From the NCBI GenBank assembly GCA_051362555.1, contig CM120641.1:12958001-13022000 (forward strand): 64,000 bases of DNA, in the 5' to 3' direction. The DNA comes from Lingula anatina. Taxonomy: Eukaryota > Animalia > Brachiopoda. The translations under genes and the position numbers were made by a program. Below, in pieces: positions 1 through 14,794 of the stretch. How positions within the stretch are numbered: the stretch's first letter is position 1; the number at the start of each line of letters is the position of its first letter. The notes beneath the pieces were generated by a model that worked only from the letters and a program-made list of their open reading frames with translations, ran no database searches and had not been told where the DNA came from.

Positions 1-167
1 CACCTGCACAATGATATGAATGCAGTGACATCAAGTAATTAGCTCGAGAGGTACATCTACAAGAGGAAAGAACAGCAGAGAGATCGCGTGGCGAATCTGA
101 ACATTGCGTCTTTCATTTCCAGGAAAAAAAGTGACTAAGCTAACAGGTATACGATAATCGGCTCACA

Positions 168-3100
168 ATGCCAGAGTTGGGACTTATAGTGCGTGTGTAT
201 AGGCTCTCGAATTTTTTCAAGTCTGCCTGCGTTATATTGGTGCTGAGTATGGTGATGTTTTTAGTTGGAATGTCAACGCCTTATTGGGTGACAATTGGAC
301 TGCAGAAGAGCAGCGGCCTTTGGCAACACTGTGGAAGCGACAGTGACTGCGAGATACTCCATAATCCACCAAGTAAGCATGATGTATTATATTTATCATT
401 GTACATTATGTGAATGAATAACTTTATCCGAGAATGCAAGCAGCACGGTATTCATTCATTAGAGATATATAGATATATTGGTCCTAAAGATTTCTTTTCT
501 AAGAATATAGTGTTCAAGATTTGGGTTTCTACCTACTACAGTGAACAACATTCCGTTTTGTCTAGCTATTCTAGTTCTTGTGTTTACATGTACATCTTTT
601 ATTTTCCATCATAAAAAGAATAATAATCGAAAGTAAGCTGTCCAAAGCCTCCAATTTAACATTTTTTCGCTATAAGTGTGAGGGTTCTCGTCTGTTACAT
701 GTAACATTATATCACCTCCCCCCAAATAAATGGAAAGAGAAGAAGAATCTCTTGCGCCCTATCAATTTGGTCATCTCTGAAAACACATGTTGCTGTACAT
801 ATGTTCACCTTCTTAACATGATTAAGTTATTGTTGCTATATTTGCTATAACAAATGCTAAGTAATTTTTCAAGGGAATCTCTGCCCCATCTAGGTAAAGC
901 AACGTTTACCAGCCATATATCACTTCAGCCACCCAACCAAACGTATTCTGTATAGCATATACGTTTAGTGCTCATTCAATTATTAATCCACTCGGTCTCA
1001 TACACGATGCATATATCACAAACTTGGCTTATTAGGTGATTTCTGGTGTTCTATATAGCAGGCTGATGAGAATATTCCGCGGATGATTAGATAAAGACTT
1101 ATTGCTCCAATAGAACATCATACGATGAGCCAATTAATAATGTACCTTGAAAGTAAAGATCGGGTTAGTTATCAGATTCCACCTTTTTTGCACATTTATC
1201 ATTCTGTATTCTATTCATATCTAAAAGCCTGATCATATAAATTACCAGAGGAATGTCTGAACAAAAGTGAAGAACAAATTAACAGGTCTTAACATTCAGC
1301 AAAGTGCACTCAAGAGTGGGCGGTATATTGGAATGGGTTTGGGGGGAGGGGGGTAGGAAGAAGGGGGTTAGGGCAGAAAAGACAGTCATGGTGTATACCG
1401 GTGGTTAAATGCACTATTTTCAGTGGTGGATTGACAGGTCCAGATGACGGTGCTTATCTTTTGATAAAACTATACGCTAGGGGTAGATATTAAATTCTTT
1501 GCCAACATCTGAGTAATACGGATGGAAGGTTTTCTGACTTCAGAAACCGTAATTCATTGACGACTGAATGCAAAGGAACTACCTCTATCAATGCTTGACA
1601 TCAATTTTTTTACTGTTTTTCTTTATTTCAGAACCGTTGCATGCCTGTCAGGCATTAGAAATAATATCCCTATTGATGTACATGGGCTTGATTATATTAG
1701 CTCTCCTGTATATGCTCCACTCCGCCTTTGAGAAGTCTACGGTGATATTAGCGACCATAGTATTAAGCTTCACTTCAGGTAACTATGAATTTTATACCTT
1801 AGATTAAAAAAATCATTAGTACATGTACTGCAGAAATCGGTAAATCTCAGTGTATATGTTACATATTATGTATATTCCTCGCACACTCAGGCACGCGCTC
1901 TATGGCACACAAACACGTGAGCGCTCAAAGTAGGTACAAAAAATACCTGTATCGATGCAAGTGACCCTGAGTCTCATAATTATTTGAAACTATCCTTCAC
2001 TATCAGCATGACTCTGTGGTTACTGATAGTGAAGGTTGGTTTCCAGTAATCTCTGAAACTCAGTTTGATACGCATGCACGCATATACAGCCACAGTGCCC
2101 TCCAGGTATATTGTATCATGGTTGCTAAAAGCTCCGCATTGTTTGAGAGTTTGACAAACGACCAAAAGTGATGTGGTCAAATGCTTCAAGAAACCCGCAC
2201 AAATAAAGAGAGTCGAAGAAAATAAACCAGAACATTACTTTTCAATCAGCTCTTGGAGTTTTACCCTGTCAATTTACACGGCGTAAATCAATTACTGGGC
2301 TCTAAGTACAAGCAAAGAGATCTTTTTCATTCTCACAGGTATATCATACCATCGGTTAAAAAATCATTTTGAGCTGCTGCAGGAGTTTGCCGATAGAATG
2401 CTTTTAATGAACAATTAGAATATACTTTGTTTATTGATTGAGAGAAAATTGTATGATAAGATTTGTATAGAAATATGTTGGCGGTGTTTCTATAAAGATA
2501 AGAAGTTTCTGCAAGTGTTTCTATAAGCCAATAGGTGATATGAAGTGCGCCAAAACAGGATTACCGAGAGGAAAAAAATTGGAAATAACTTAAAAGTAAA
2601 ATATGCAATACTAGGATGCCTAATATAGGCCATAGCTGTTGGCACTGAATCCCATAGTTAGAATGACCATTCTATTCGACAAACTATGTACGCTTTACAG
2701 ATGTTGCCGAAAAAAATTGGAAAAAAATTGTTCTCTGATGATTAGATATCTGTTACAAAACATGGCTTGCTCCCCCCCCCTTCCCGACCGAAAATTGCTT
2801 ACATTATACATACAATTATTACATATACGCCATTAGATAAGGAAGGAACTCTACCTATTATCCGAGCCATTTTCCAAACTAATGCAATTTCCGCTCGTGA
2901 TATTGTCCGGTGGAGATGATTTATCCATTATTTGCTGTCTTAAATATTCCTTTTATCCTTTCAAATAACCAATGCTAATGTGTCAAAGGCCTGGTGCAAG
3001 TTTTTAAGTAATGTTATTACCGACTGAGCATGAAATAGCATATTTACCGGAGCTGAAATCTATGCTTGTAGCCATTACATTGCCTTAAGCTAATCAAAAA

Positions 3101-6100
3101 TAAGTGGTCTCAAAAGAGATCAGTAGAGTTAAGCATGGCAAATAATTGAAATTAGTTAAATACCGCAGGGAAAAAATTGAAGAGTCGTGTTTATTGTCTG
3201 CAATCTCGTGAGCTATTTTTTTAATCAACAAAAGGTCCTTTCTTTATTGTCATGCATTTAAATAAATTAATTAATTAATTAAAATGGTAACGTTAGCTAT
3301 AAGAAAGTATTATTAGATATAAGCTGATTATAGTCAATTTTCACACATTGTGACAAATAATTAGAAAAGTGCAGATTTTTGCAAGAGTATTAATAGGAAA
3401 TAGTTCAGCACGGTTGATCCGGAGGAGGCGAGAAGTTTTGTCAGATAGGAAATTGCATGGACCTACTGCAGCCATTTAAACTTTATACATGTATATGATG
3501 TATATTGGAACAGGCTGTATTATAGTACTGTACATTCCACCTATAAATAAGTATCTGGGGGAGGGCTACTGAAATGTGAATATGACATGTTGAATTTATG
3601 CTACTGAAATGTGTGAAATTTGCTGTTATAACCATTTTCGTATAGATGAAAACGCGTGCTTCGTCCAATCCAAACTGACCTCATTAATTTAGTAAGAACA
3701 TATTAAAAGGCAGTGTGGAATAAAAGTAGAAGGTTAGATCATTTAACCCCCAAGAAACAACTGTAGTCAGCTTTGATAGGTAGGATATCTATTTAAACTG
3801 CAGCCACAGTGATCGTGGGGCATGTTTTAGTAGATAAATCCTGCATTTTCTGGTATTTTTTAAACAGAACTCTAGGCTAAGTTGTTTAATTTTTGCGTCT
3901 TGCTTGGGCCAATGGCTAAATAAGTTATTGGTTTGTTTTATATGTTGTTGATGTTTGAGTGGAGCTGGGTTTTTTTTCACGTTTTTCTCCTTCAACGATT
4001 TGTAGTGTAAAGCTGCTCAGAACACACCATACTGCAAATAATTTAAAGATGTAATCATTACCTATTGATAATTTACACCTGCATCATCTCTAACATTGAC
4101 TTTCAGATACGTCTTTTATTGGCACAAATGCACTTTAGAATGATGAATCTTTGATGTACATAAGCTGTCTCTCAAAAAGCTTTTAGCACGTTTTAGTTTG
4201 TTTAATTTCATCATACTATCCCTCTCGTTTGTTTTGTAGGATTTAGTGAAACGTTTAACATAACAGAAGCACCGGTGCGTGAGTTCTATCTCCTTTTGAT
4301 ACATTTGGTGTCTGTCGGTAAAAAGAGTGGTAAACTTTAAAAGTTTAACTTTAAAAGTCAAAAACACTTCCCACTTTAGATACTGCCCACATCGTTTTGC
4401 GGTCCCCGATTTTTTTCACCCTGAGCATGGAAGCATTCAGACTATATGCTTCCATGCCCTGAGCTTCACAGATAACTTGAAACTTACCTCTACACTACAT
4501 CATACCCTTGAAACGGCAAGGGTATGATATAGTGTAGAGATAGGTTTCAAGTTAGGCCTATCTCTGAGGCTCGGGTGATATAAGTCTAAATGATTCGAAA
4601 TGACTACAACATAAAGTAAGGATAAGATTTCATATCACTCAAGTGTTTCGTTATCGTCTTTGACAAGATTTGACCTCAGTGCTCGGCAATATTGAATTTT
4701 CTTCTTTGTCAATGAAAAAAGAAGTGGAAGTTGTTTTATCTTTATATATACATTGCCCATGTTCTGTTTTATATCATATTCTAATGTTGCATGTTCATGT
4801 TCAAATTAGAGAAATTATATACGGTACATTCTTTTCTTCTCTCACATTTTCGATCTTTGTCCGTTGCACTAGTGAGTCTTCAACTTCAAATCCTTTTAAA
4901 ATACTGCGTACAAACCTGCTTGTAAAACCCCATTTTTTAATAAATTTTTATCAACCCGACTGAAGTCTGATTCATTTTTCGCCTGCCATACAGTACTGTT
5001 ATCCCACATATCTTAAATCATTAAAACCTTGCTGGTGTGATTAAATATTACACTATTAACACATGCGATAATTACAAAATACATAACTCACTGTATTTTG
5101 ACATCTTAAGGATGTAGCAAAAGTCGTAACGAAAGTAGAGCACAGAACTAATTAGTTGCCTTAGTTGCCGTTTTTTTTTTTTTAATCGTAAAGAGCTGCG
5201 GGCTGAGTATGTCTACATTACATGGCCTTAAATCCGTACGATTCCGTTCAATTTCGCACGGCCACCGTCTACATCTGCTCAGACGCCGTACAAAAAGAGT
5301 ATTACGGGCAGTACACGTGCACTGTACGGGCATCAAATGTAATCTAGGCTTTACTTCCTTATTTTCAGATTTGTCGATTGATTTCATGAGTGATCATGCC
5401 TTATTTTGTAACAGTGAAATCCATCGGCGGTGCTCAAGGTGAATGTGTAGGTGTTTTGTTTGTGTGCGTATGCGTGTAGGTAGGTGCCATCATGTTTGTG
5501 TTTGAATAGATGTCTGACGAAGGTGCACGGTCATCTGATTGCAATAATTATTCTTTTTTCACAGGCAAGTATATTTATTTGTTACTGTCTGACCCAAAAT
5601 GCCAGTTTTTTCCTAGAACCTGGTGATTACAAATGCAAACCATTAAGCAATCTCGTCAGAATATGGTGTTAGATTTATCACTATGGCAGATACTGAATCC
5701 ACAGAAACAGTGTGAAAGCCAGCATCTTACTCATGATTTTCGCGATTTCATCGTTATTCACCATATTACCATAACACATTTGTCAGAAGCTGAAACCTTT
5801 GCAAGGAATCCCTTATTCAAGAGAATTAGCATAAGATAAGACACATGTGGAATTCTGACTCTACAGAAAACTCAAAGGGATTGTGATAACCAAGTAATGA
5901 ACAGATTTGTATTGTGCATTTTTGTATTCATATATGCCAATGAAACTTTGAATTTGAATAAGATGAACGGAACATTACACATCATAATTGTTCGTAACAA
6001 TTATAACGTATGTACGTAGTAACGTATATTTTGGCGGCCATTTTTGACTTGCATCATCATCATTACGACTGGCATATGATGTAACTAACGCTTTGGTTTT

Positions 6101-7320
6101 ATTGGCCTTTATTGACTTGCATCATTGTCGTTTGATCTTATTTATCAGCCCAACACACAAATAATACATGTATAATGCTGCAGCAATTTTGATTTGACGT
6201 GTGCAAACGCAACGTAATTCAAAGTTTAGATGACGATACTCGTAGTTGTTTTAACGAATTGTCATTGAGAAAAGTGCGATTCTGTTTATGCTTTCGGGAG
6301 TGAACTAAAAGCAAACATATCTGCATTTCAAACCAGCAGTCACGCCCGGCACCTGTGTTTTTTATATCCTTTAGAGCCAATAATTCGTGCACAGTATACT
6401 AAAGGGGGTCCATTGAGGCGAAAATCGGAACAATTTGATCCTTTGTCAGGGAGAACATTCTTCATAACTTAGGTTTACAGATCTGACGGAATTATCTCTC
6501 CCTGTGGCCTTCACATGCCTTCTGAACATGCAAATGAAATATCATAGCAAGTTGCAAATCCCATTAAATATTTTACCGAAAATCCCCTTGGTTTAATACA
6601 AGTCCTCAAATGCCACGACAACTCGCTAAGATTTGCTTCTATTCTTAACTGATTCCTATCTCGCAGATTATAATTTGCGTAGGAAGAAAGAACAGTTTCT
6701 TTGACTGAAGTAACTAATATTTCAGTTTTACTATGAATCAATTAGCTCATGTCATTCTGACATGCAAAATTGACACTTAATAAGCAATTTATATCGTGCC
6801 TCAATATTAGTGTTTCAAAGCCAAATCAAATTATTTTGATTAAACCTCTTCTCCGTATTCGATACCTAGACCTTCGAAGGGTTTTTATTCTGGCAATACG
6901 CCGCAGAGTAGACTGTAGACTGCAAAGCAGAAGTATAGACCTAACATTGTGCCAGTTAAAACCCTAATTATATACAGGAAGTTAAAACAGGAATGTACTT
7001 GCGTAACATACAACAAAATTGTAAATTTGTCTTGTCTATGCCTAGGTTTACATCCCTTCCAAATCCAAAGTAAGCCAAGTTGCCTTTCAAAACCGGCACT
7101 AAGTTGGTCGAGTCGTCAAAAGACCTTGGAATATCGACCTTGATTAAACATGGTTAATCCAATGTTGTCAAAAAAAGACTTAATTTAAATGGTGGTGTTC
7201 CAAATGGGAGTCGTCTGTATTTCATTTTTTTAAATTAAAATACAGCACCTAATGATGAACTTGTTTCTGCAGGGTCTATGTGTTTTGCTTGCAACAAATG
7301 CTGTGTAGGCCTACTCATTG

Positions 7321-7353
<33 letters not shown>

Positions 7354-10300
7354 CTGCTCTGCATGGCAACACACGCCTACTGGGGGACTCTTTTGACGTA
7401 GATATAATATAGATCTATAAAGGCACATTTAAGATCACGCGATTCGATTGATGGAATATTAGTCATAAGTACCACCAAGGCGTTAGCATGAACACCGCCA
7501 AGTAGCCATTTGATACGCTTAGACCGCATTCTCAACGAATTGAGCCAGACTTTACAAATCCTGAGAACTAAAAATGGCGGACGTACATGAAAGAAAAACA
7601 GCCTAATCTTTTAATAGTCTCTCCGCCTCTCACACGCCTCCCCACACGTCGTCCCTGCGGGGTACAGTAATTAAATCTCGGCTCCGAACATGAATAATAT
7701 CTCTGGTGATATTATCTCCGTAGATCGTCGATTCATTGCTGCTCTACGGGCCAATTCATTCCTTTTTCGTCTCTGTTTTGAAAGATAATAGAACTGAAGA
7801 GCTTTTTTCCTTCGATCGCCTTCAGCCGCCATGCTTTCTTCACCACGAGTTTAACTGATGAGCATGCGCACTTAATATTTCTCAGGTAGCTTCCGCATGG
7901 CGAACAGAGCCGAGATTTAATTACTGTACCCCGCAGGGACGACGTGTGGGGAGGCGTGTGAGAGGCGGAGAGACCATTAAAAGATTAGGCGGTTTTTCTT
8001 TCATGTACGTCCGCCATTTTTAGTTCTCAGGATTTGTAAAGCCTGGCTCAATTCGTTGAGAATGCGGCCTTAGTTGCTTTAGCATCAGATCATAAGTTAT
8101 TTTATCGCTGAATTAAGAGATATTTTACCTGATCGTGCAGTTTAACTCGTCAAAAACATTATTCCACATAAAAATTCGTATATCAGGCGTAGGTGATTTA
8201 AACAATGCCGTCTGTTTTAACCAATGTTTATAGTTTAGTTTGCACACGACTTTTACACAATTAGTATTTCACAATATCTTATTACTGCGGCGCAAGACCT
8301 ATTTGAATATGAATCTGTCTCACAGCACACAATCCGATTTTTGCTAAGTATTTTTCAATATCTTTCTCGATAACTTTGGCCAATAATAATTGTGGACTCC
8401 GTAGTTGTAGGGGACACCTGCTGAGTTTCCCGTGTATTTAAAAGGCAGGCACAGAGTATTCCGTCTAAATATGATATTTTATAGTCTAAAATTATTCTTT
8501 AGTGGCTTTAGGTTTATGCCATTTGTAGTCATCTTTGTAAACAGCGCTAATTAATACGTTTGTCTAGCGCTGTACTCATACATAAGTATTTATTAGCAGT
8601 GGTAAGAATTATTATCACAATTATTTTAGATGGTTTTGTCTTCTTATCCAATACAAACTCTTTACCAATGCATAAAAACATAATCTTTATCATATTCCTT
8701 CAAACACCATTGTGCCATATGCATTAAGGCATAATTACAAATGCAGTTATTCTGTCCATAGGATTGTTTTTCTTTTACGTAATATTTAAACTAAGATAGA
8801 TTGTCTGCTCATTTGTTGTCTTTCCGAACCATCAAATGATTAAGCCGCTTGGTTTCTTTCTTCTTTTTTTTTTTTTTTTTTTTTTTGTTTGTACGGTGAT
8901 CTATCTAATCTTCCTGTTGCAGCTACGAAAATTTACATGACGCCAGCCTTCAACGAAAAACGACTTCATTATACTGATCATCAAAAATATTGATGAACTT
9001 TGCAATGCAATCAATTACTCAGCTTCGGCAACCCTCCGCCGTTTCTGTGATATCAACTCGTGGCCTCATACAGTATGCATTTTAATTTCCGTCTATCCTC
9101 TTGCTGGTTGGTATTGTGTTTGCAGATTCGTTCTAGAGAGAGTGTGACTTCGTATTAGGGGCTGCAGCTGACAAATGTCAGTGTTTACTGGCAATGTTTA
9201 CAGAGGGAATTTCTGAGTTTTTAATTAGTCAAGAAAAAGCTCTAAATTGATAATAATATTACCAATTTACAAATTCAGACAGATGGAATGTTTTCAGTCG
9301 ACAAATAAACGTAGAGACCGAAATACGATTTATGACTCCATAAAATATCTTTTTTTTTTCATCAAATCACAGTGTCACGCCTTTGCATATTTTGATGATA
9401 TCATTATGGGTGTCTAGGGCTAGGGAAAAGTGATAGAAAAGGATGAAAAAACTTTTGATTTCCTTAAATCCCATTTCGATCATGCTTTAAGCGAATTTAG
9501 TCTGCTCTGGCCAACTTAAAGCAAGGGATTCCACTTTGAAAGCAATTACACATGTCAGGAATGATTGACTATTCGGCTTGTAGCATATAATCTTGATAGA
9601 ATTTTCATTTCCTTTGGGTTCTTTGAATCAATATAGATCAATAATGCAGTCATAATATACTCCGAGCCCCCTCTCAGCCCTGCGTTTAGTCTCTTATTAG
9701 ATAATAAAAGGTTAGCATTAAGTGCTATAGTTATTTTCACGAAGTAATAATCTTGGTTTGAGACCATCACTGTCAAAGTGCGCCCCTTTTTTTTTTGACT
9801 TATGAAGCACCGTTTCATTAAAGTCTGTACATGATATGGTTCATAAACAGCACCCAACCATACGTGTCCGCAGGCTTGTTGGGAAGAATTGATAATAAAA
9901 ACAATAAGTTCCGGATTTCGAGACAGGAGAATGAAAAATTACCAAGATTCTTAACACAAGGACGAGCAAGTGCACTTGACTACACTTCCTACATTGCCTT
10001 GGCGCAAGGTGAAGATCATTTGATATAAGCTGATGTAATGCGGTTTACTATATGAAAAAAAAAAAAAAAAAAAAAAAAACGAGAGTGCCCATTTAGTGTG
10101 AAGTGCCATTATCTTGACCATAAATTTATTCTGTGGGTCATCCATTGGTTTACAGGCTGATTTGAAAATAGACAAAGAAGATCTGAATGAGTCGATATTC
10201 ATTTGGAAATAAGCGGTTCCAAGGCGCTTTTTCGTTTGATAACGACAATTCCTGTATGATTTAGTTATACTGGGGAATCAATTGTACGCATCTTAATTGC

Positions 10301-13300
10301 TACATCAATCAGAAAACACAGCATTTAACAGCTTTTGTGTAATATCGTAATACAAGACGTAAGATAGCAATCTTCATCAATGCAATTCTATTTTTCAGAT
10401 CCCTTATATGGATAGATATGACCACTGGGGATGGTAAAAAGCAATGATTAATTGTTGAAATCAAATTTGTTAGAATTGTTAGGATGATAAATGTTGGGGC
10501 ACTTGAATCATTGAGTCATTTTGATGGATATAAAAAAGGGTAAGATTTTTAGTCAGACAGCCGGGGGCGAACGTCAGCACACCCTTTGCAGTTTCCCGCA
10601 AGAATCAGCCAACTTTCTCTCTCGCCGGACTCTCTCTCTTTCTCAACGCGAAACACAATAGAAAACGACCCTTGATTGCATTTGTGCAATGCGATCGCTG
10701 ACTTCCTCACGTTCTAGACCCTGTTTTACATAATACTAAGAATGTAGTACCAATAATTCTTGATATTAGTCAACTGGGAAGATCTTCATTTCAGGCGTGG
10801 GCACGATTCTTGGTCTGTCACGGGCAGTTTTACAAAGGCTCCATGCAACCTAGCAAAACTGTACATAGTAAGAATAAACAGAATATTCATCTGACATGGG
10901 CGTTAATTGGCAAATGATTAAAATAATGGCATCCGTTCAAGAGGTTGCAGCGGCTTGGGGCCTTGAACAATAATAACTCACTGCCCAGCGTAGGAGAAGA
11001 AAATCACCTGCAGGTGAACAAGTGCGCGCGTTCATTTTTATCCAGTGCCAGGAGGTGACGATGACAGATTTTGTAGCGATATAAAAACACAGCACACCTA
11101 TGATAAAACAATCCGGGTGTTAATTTATTTGTTAGGTATATATTGTTGAAATCAGGGTGCGTCATAAGTAAAAAAAAAGTTATGTTTGGTTAAGGGGCCA
11201 TTCAGAACAAGTTGATCCTCGGACCAACAGATTCACAAATATGGCCGACCCACTTGAAAGATTGCAGTATAGACACTGAATAGACACTGAATAGATCCCC
11301 TGCAGCGATTATGCGGTAAGCATTCAAGTGGGTCGACCATATTTGATCCGCAGATCTGTTAGTCCACGTATCAACTTTGGATGTGAAAGTGGTCTAAGCT
11401 GAAACATTTTGCTGGATTTCGGCTTTGCTCTAACAGCAAACCTTCCTGAAATTATATTTACTATTTAAAAATGGGGTCAAGACGCCAGACTGCCCCTGTA
11501 CTGATCTTTGAACGTATCAAACAAAAATGCCCCCTATATAAACTCATACAGACACTTTCAAACGAAGGTGGGCTAAAGGTTTTCCCGTTTAACCTATTAA
11601 TGTTGACAGGCATGCTGTTAACTGGCATCTGGTGTGTTCTCTCCCACGCTGTATAAAGAGGAGGCCCAAATCATCTCAATTTCTATTTCAAGTTTAAAGA
11701 TCTTGAGTCATCTGTTATTTTCATTTTAATTTATCTCATGGTACATATGGTGTTTTTTTTTTTAAATATAATTTTAGATTTTACAGTAGTTTCATCTCAT
11801 CTTTTTGTAACAGTTTTCTCTATGTTATCATTATCGTTACTTCATCTTATTTACTTATTCATCTTTGCCCCATGTTAGTTTGATTAATACGTTCATATGG
11901 TAAGTTGTTTATCCTGGCTACGGCTGGGGAAAAGAATTTTTGCTCCTCATACATTTGAATGCCAGTACACGCGTCTATGTCACTTTCACGTCGTGATTAG
12001 AATTAGGGATATCAAAAGTAATACATAAGAAGCTTCTGTTATATTGTGGGAGAAAATAATTTTCTTTAAAGCATTATTGTAACATAAGATTTTTTCATTT
12101 AGATATTACTCATGCACATGCGCAAAACTGGAATTTTTGACATGATATTAATTATTGATATTAACACCATATTAACACCACTGAAGTAATTAACAGTGAT
12201 GAAATGCTTTTGGAGAAGGAAAAATGAAAAGGAAATATGCACATTGTGAATCAGATATGTTCTAAGCACGTATTTCGATGTGAGTTTTGCCATACATAGA
12301 TTTTTATTTTACACCCACATATCTGAAGGCTAAAGGTAAAAAAAACAGTACTGTGATGTTTTGAAAAAAAGAGTTAAGAAATAGATTCGTGTGTGTGTGT
12401 TTTATAGAATAGAATCAAGGAATGCAAGGGGTGCATTCATCATGATTGCGGTAGTGGTGATGTAGCGCAACTGGTTGAATGCGGCGTGACCCTTCTTAAA
12501 CCACGGTCAGCGAGTTGCAACGAAGTTTGCCTTTAGCAGCTGAACATTGACTGTGCATAGAATACCAGTATACTCGTCACGCCATTCAGCTTTACTTTCT
12601 TTATTTTAGAAACAGTAAATTACTTGACTAGTGTTTTTTGCCAAAACCAGGACTGTGTCTGAAAAATGGAATCCTGATTATGACGGCAATCTACTAGCTG
12701 GATTCAGGATTTTATTTGGAGGAAGGGTGGGGGGAGAATCATTCATTGCATAGGCATTATGCCTCAGATATATTTTAGTCAGCTTGCGTACTTTTGCTCC
12801 GTGACCGCCCTCAGTTCAGTAAAAGTCTTGACACTTATTGAACTCTATTTGTACAAATATCAACTCTCCACTTTTTTCAATATTGTTAAATTATTGAAAA
12901 TATAAAACCAGTTAAGATGTACTATACTGGAATTATGAAAGCTGACGCTAGTAATGTAAGTGTGAGCTCACCCAACTCAACTTACATCGGCGTTAAATCG
13001 TCGGACTTAAATCGCCACCCTATGTAACTTATTTCAGTGTGAGTTATTATCATTATTTTTTTTTTAGAAATGAGCTCTGTGCTATATCTTGGGAAAAGCA
13101 CCTTCCCCATCCTTCCGTAGAATAATTCGCATCAGTGAAATGCTTTAAAACTATAACATCATCTACAAAATAATGAGATTATCAACTTGCATAGTCTTTG
13201 AGTGAAAGTTTTAGCATAATTGTTACAGATCGATGTGGTATTGATACAATTTGAAAACTTCTTGGCCGCTGTGAACCCCCTAAGGATGTGATTTGTTAAC

Positions 13301-13905
13301 CCGCAGACGATTGCTTTGATCAGGTTGGCACGATCAGAGCGCCTTGTCATGAGATTCTGCACTCCTGATTTATGAACCGTAAATGCATCCACTAAAACCC
13401 CTAAATATTAGTTTTTCAAAGCTTTAGTTGGGTCTACACAAAAAGGGTCTATTGTTCTGGTGACCTTTTTGTATTCAGACGGACAATTTTCCAATTTAGA
13501 GTCGCTATATATTGTTAGGGCAACATTTACATTTTACCAAATCTCGTATAATTTCATTTCAAATCTTACCACACATTTCCGTGACAGGATATGTATATGT
13601 GTTATATATTTATATATGCTTTTCCACTGAAAAGCATTTGCTCGTAATTGTTTTCATCATTTATCTATTCATTTCTATTTTATTAATTTATAAACTTATA
13701 CAACATATTATTTTTTACTACAATAATGTATTGCTTTTCAGCATTCACCATGCTAGTTGGAGTAATAATCTATGGAACAAAAGTGAAAGAAGATCTGGCA
13801 GGAACCGGTGTGGCCTGGTCTTTGTGGCTGGTGGTGATATCCGCCTTGATGAATATTGCCGTAGGAACATTATTCGTTCTGCACAAAAAGGCACGGACCT
13901 GCTAG
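168..13905 (+). CDS. Claudin/PMP22/EMP-family tetraspan membrane protein, 171 aa; exons 168-372, 1632-1778, 13742-13905
   Basis: Exon 1 carries the W-GLW-C-C extracellular-loop signature (TPYW...SSGLWQHCGSDSDC). Both introns are GT-AG and phase 1. Joined CDS is 516 nt and open, with four hydrophobic segments, ending GVAWSLWLVVISALMNIAVGTLFVLHKKARTC*. Exon 3 is not in the ORF track in this frame. Confidence 0.88.
4425..4598. repeat. Compound palindrome/foldback element, probably a decayed MITE
   Basis: 37-bp arms 4474-4510 and 4517-4553 (3 mismatches, 6-nt loop) with weaker outer pairing. A separate perfect 12-bp hairpin GCATGGAAGCAT...ATGCTTCCATGC lies at 4425-4457. Confidence 0.7.
7522..8069. 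mobile_element. PIF/Harbinger-type non-autonomous transposon, 548 bp, with ~163-bp TIRs
   Basis: TIRs 7522-7684 and 7907-8069 are near-identical (GACCGCATTCTC.../...GAGAATGCGGCC). TTA target duplication at 7519-7521 and 8070-8072. Internal minus-strand 53-aa basic ORF at 7671-7832. Confidence 0.9.
9850..10260 (+). mobile_element. Highly decayed non-LTR (CR1/L2-like) reverse transcriptase fragment
   Basis: Degenerate motifs appear in the expected order across frameshifts and stops: FLTQGRASALDY (cf. GFRxGRSTxD), YLDHKFIL, HWFTG*FENRQ (cf. WFxSYLxNRxQ) and FQGA...ND. Confidence 0.4.
11194..11394. mobile_element. Tourist-like (PIF/Harbinger) MITE, 201 bp
   Basis: Imperfect ~65-75-bp TIRs (core AAATATGGCCGACCCACTTGAA / TTCAAGTGGGTCGACCATATTT). 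TAA flanks at 11191-11193 and 11395-11397. Confidence 0.75.
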
Positions 13906-14759
13906 CAAATGTCTTCTATTGAAGATGAAAACTGCGATGAACTCCCACATCAGAAAGGATTTGATCGGTGAATCGATTTGGATTTTATTTGTAACTATGT
14001 TTACGCCCTGCACTTAATCCTTGCAGTAGGAAGAGGGTTTTTGATATCAAAGAATTACGATATATCGAACTCGAAAAATGTAATGAAAGAGGATAAAGCA
14101 TTTGTTGAACTGGAACAAGAACAGGAAAAAGCAGAAAGGCATCACTGAATTGGTTGTATTATAACTTCAGGATGGCTAATTGGCAGATATCTGATCGCAT
14201 GAAAGGCGAATATACTAAATAAATTTGAACCTTTCGAGGATAAAAAGAATAAATGAAAAGCGGGAGGCTAGTTGCAATTACAGACCAATCAATTTCCTGA
14301 AATGTCATTACGACGGCCTAAAGTGTTGAATGTAAGGAAGATATAGACAGTACGAAAATTGATGGTGCATGTATATATAAATTAGTCCCGTGTCTACTTG
14401 AAGAAACTGAAATCTCGGTCTGCTGTATGCTTGTTTAAATTTCAATTGTATTTCGGATGGTACATTCAGCGTCATGATTTATTAATAACGTGCTTCCAGT
14501 CAGGCAATTCATCATTGATCAAAAACCATCAGGTTTATCTAGTGTTTTGATCGATAGTCCTACTGATTAGATTTTACAGAAACAAAGAACTTCGACATAC
14601 ATGCAGGCCTACTACGCTTGTACATGGATTATTTTACCCTTTTCTAACAACGAACTATATTGTGAAATTATAAAGAGCAATGACGTTGATATCTACGACG
14701 GGAGATACTCTTTTTTAGTTTAACACAAAAGTTGTTTAATATGTTTATAGCATTTATAT

Positions 14760-14763
<4 letters not shown>

Positions 14764-14793
<30 letters not shown>
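14764..14793. repeat. (CA)n microsatellite
   Basis: Read directly from the sequence. Confidence 0.95.

Positions 14794-14794
<1 letters not shown>

Noticed and set aside
13512-13922. 136-aa ORF in the track
   Set aside because: Wrong frame. The real claudin-like exon 3 (13742-13905) is in another frame and the 5' part is an AT-rich intron.
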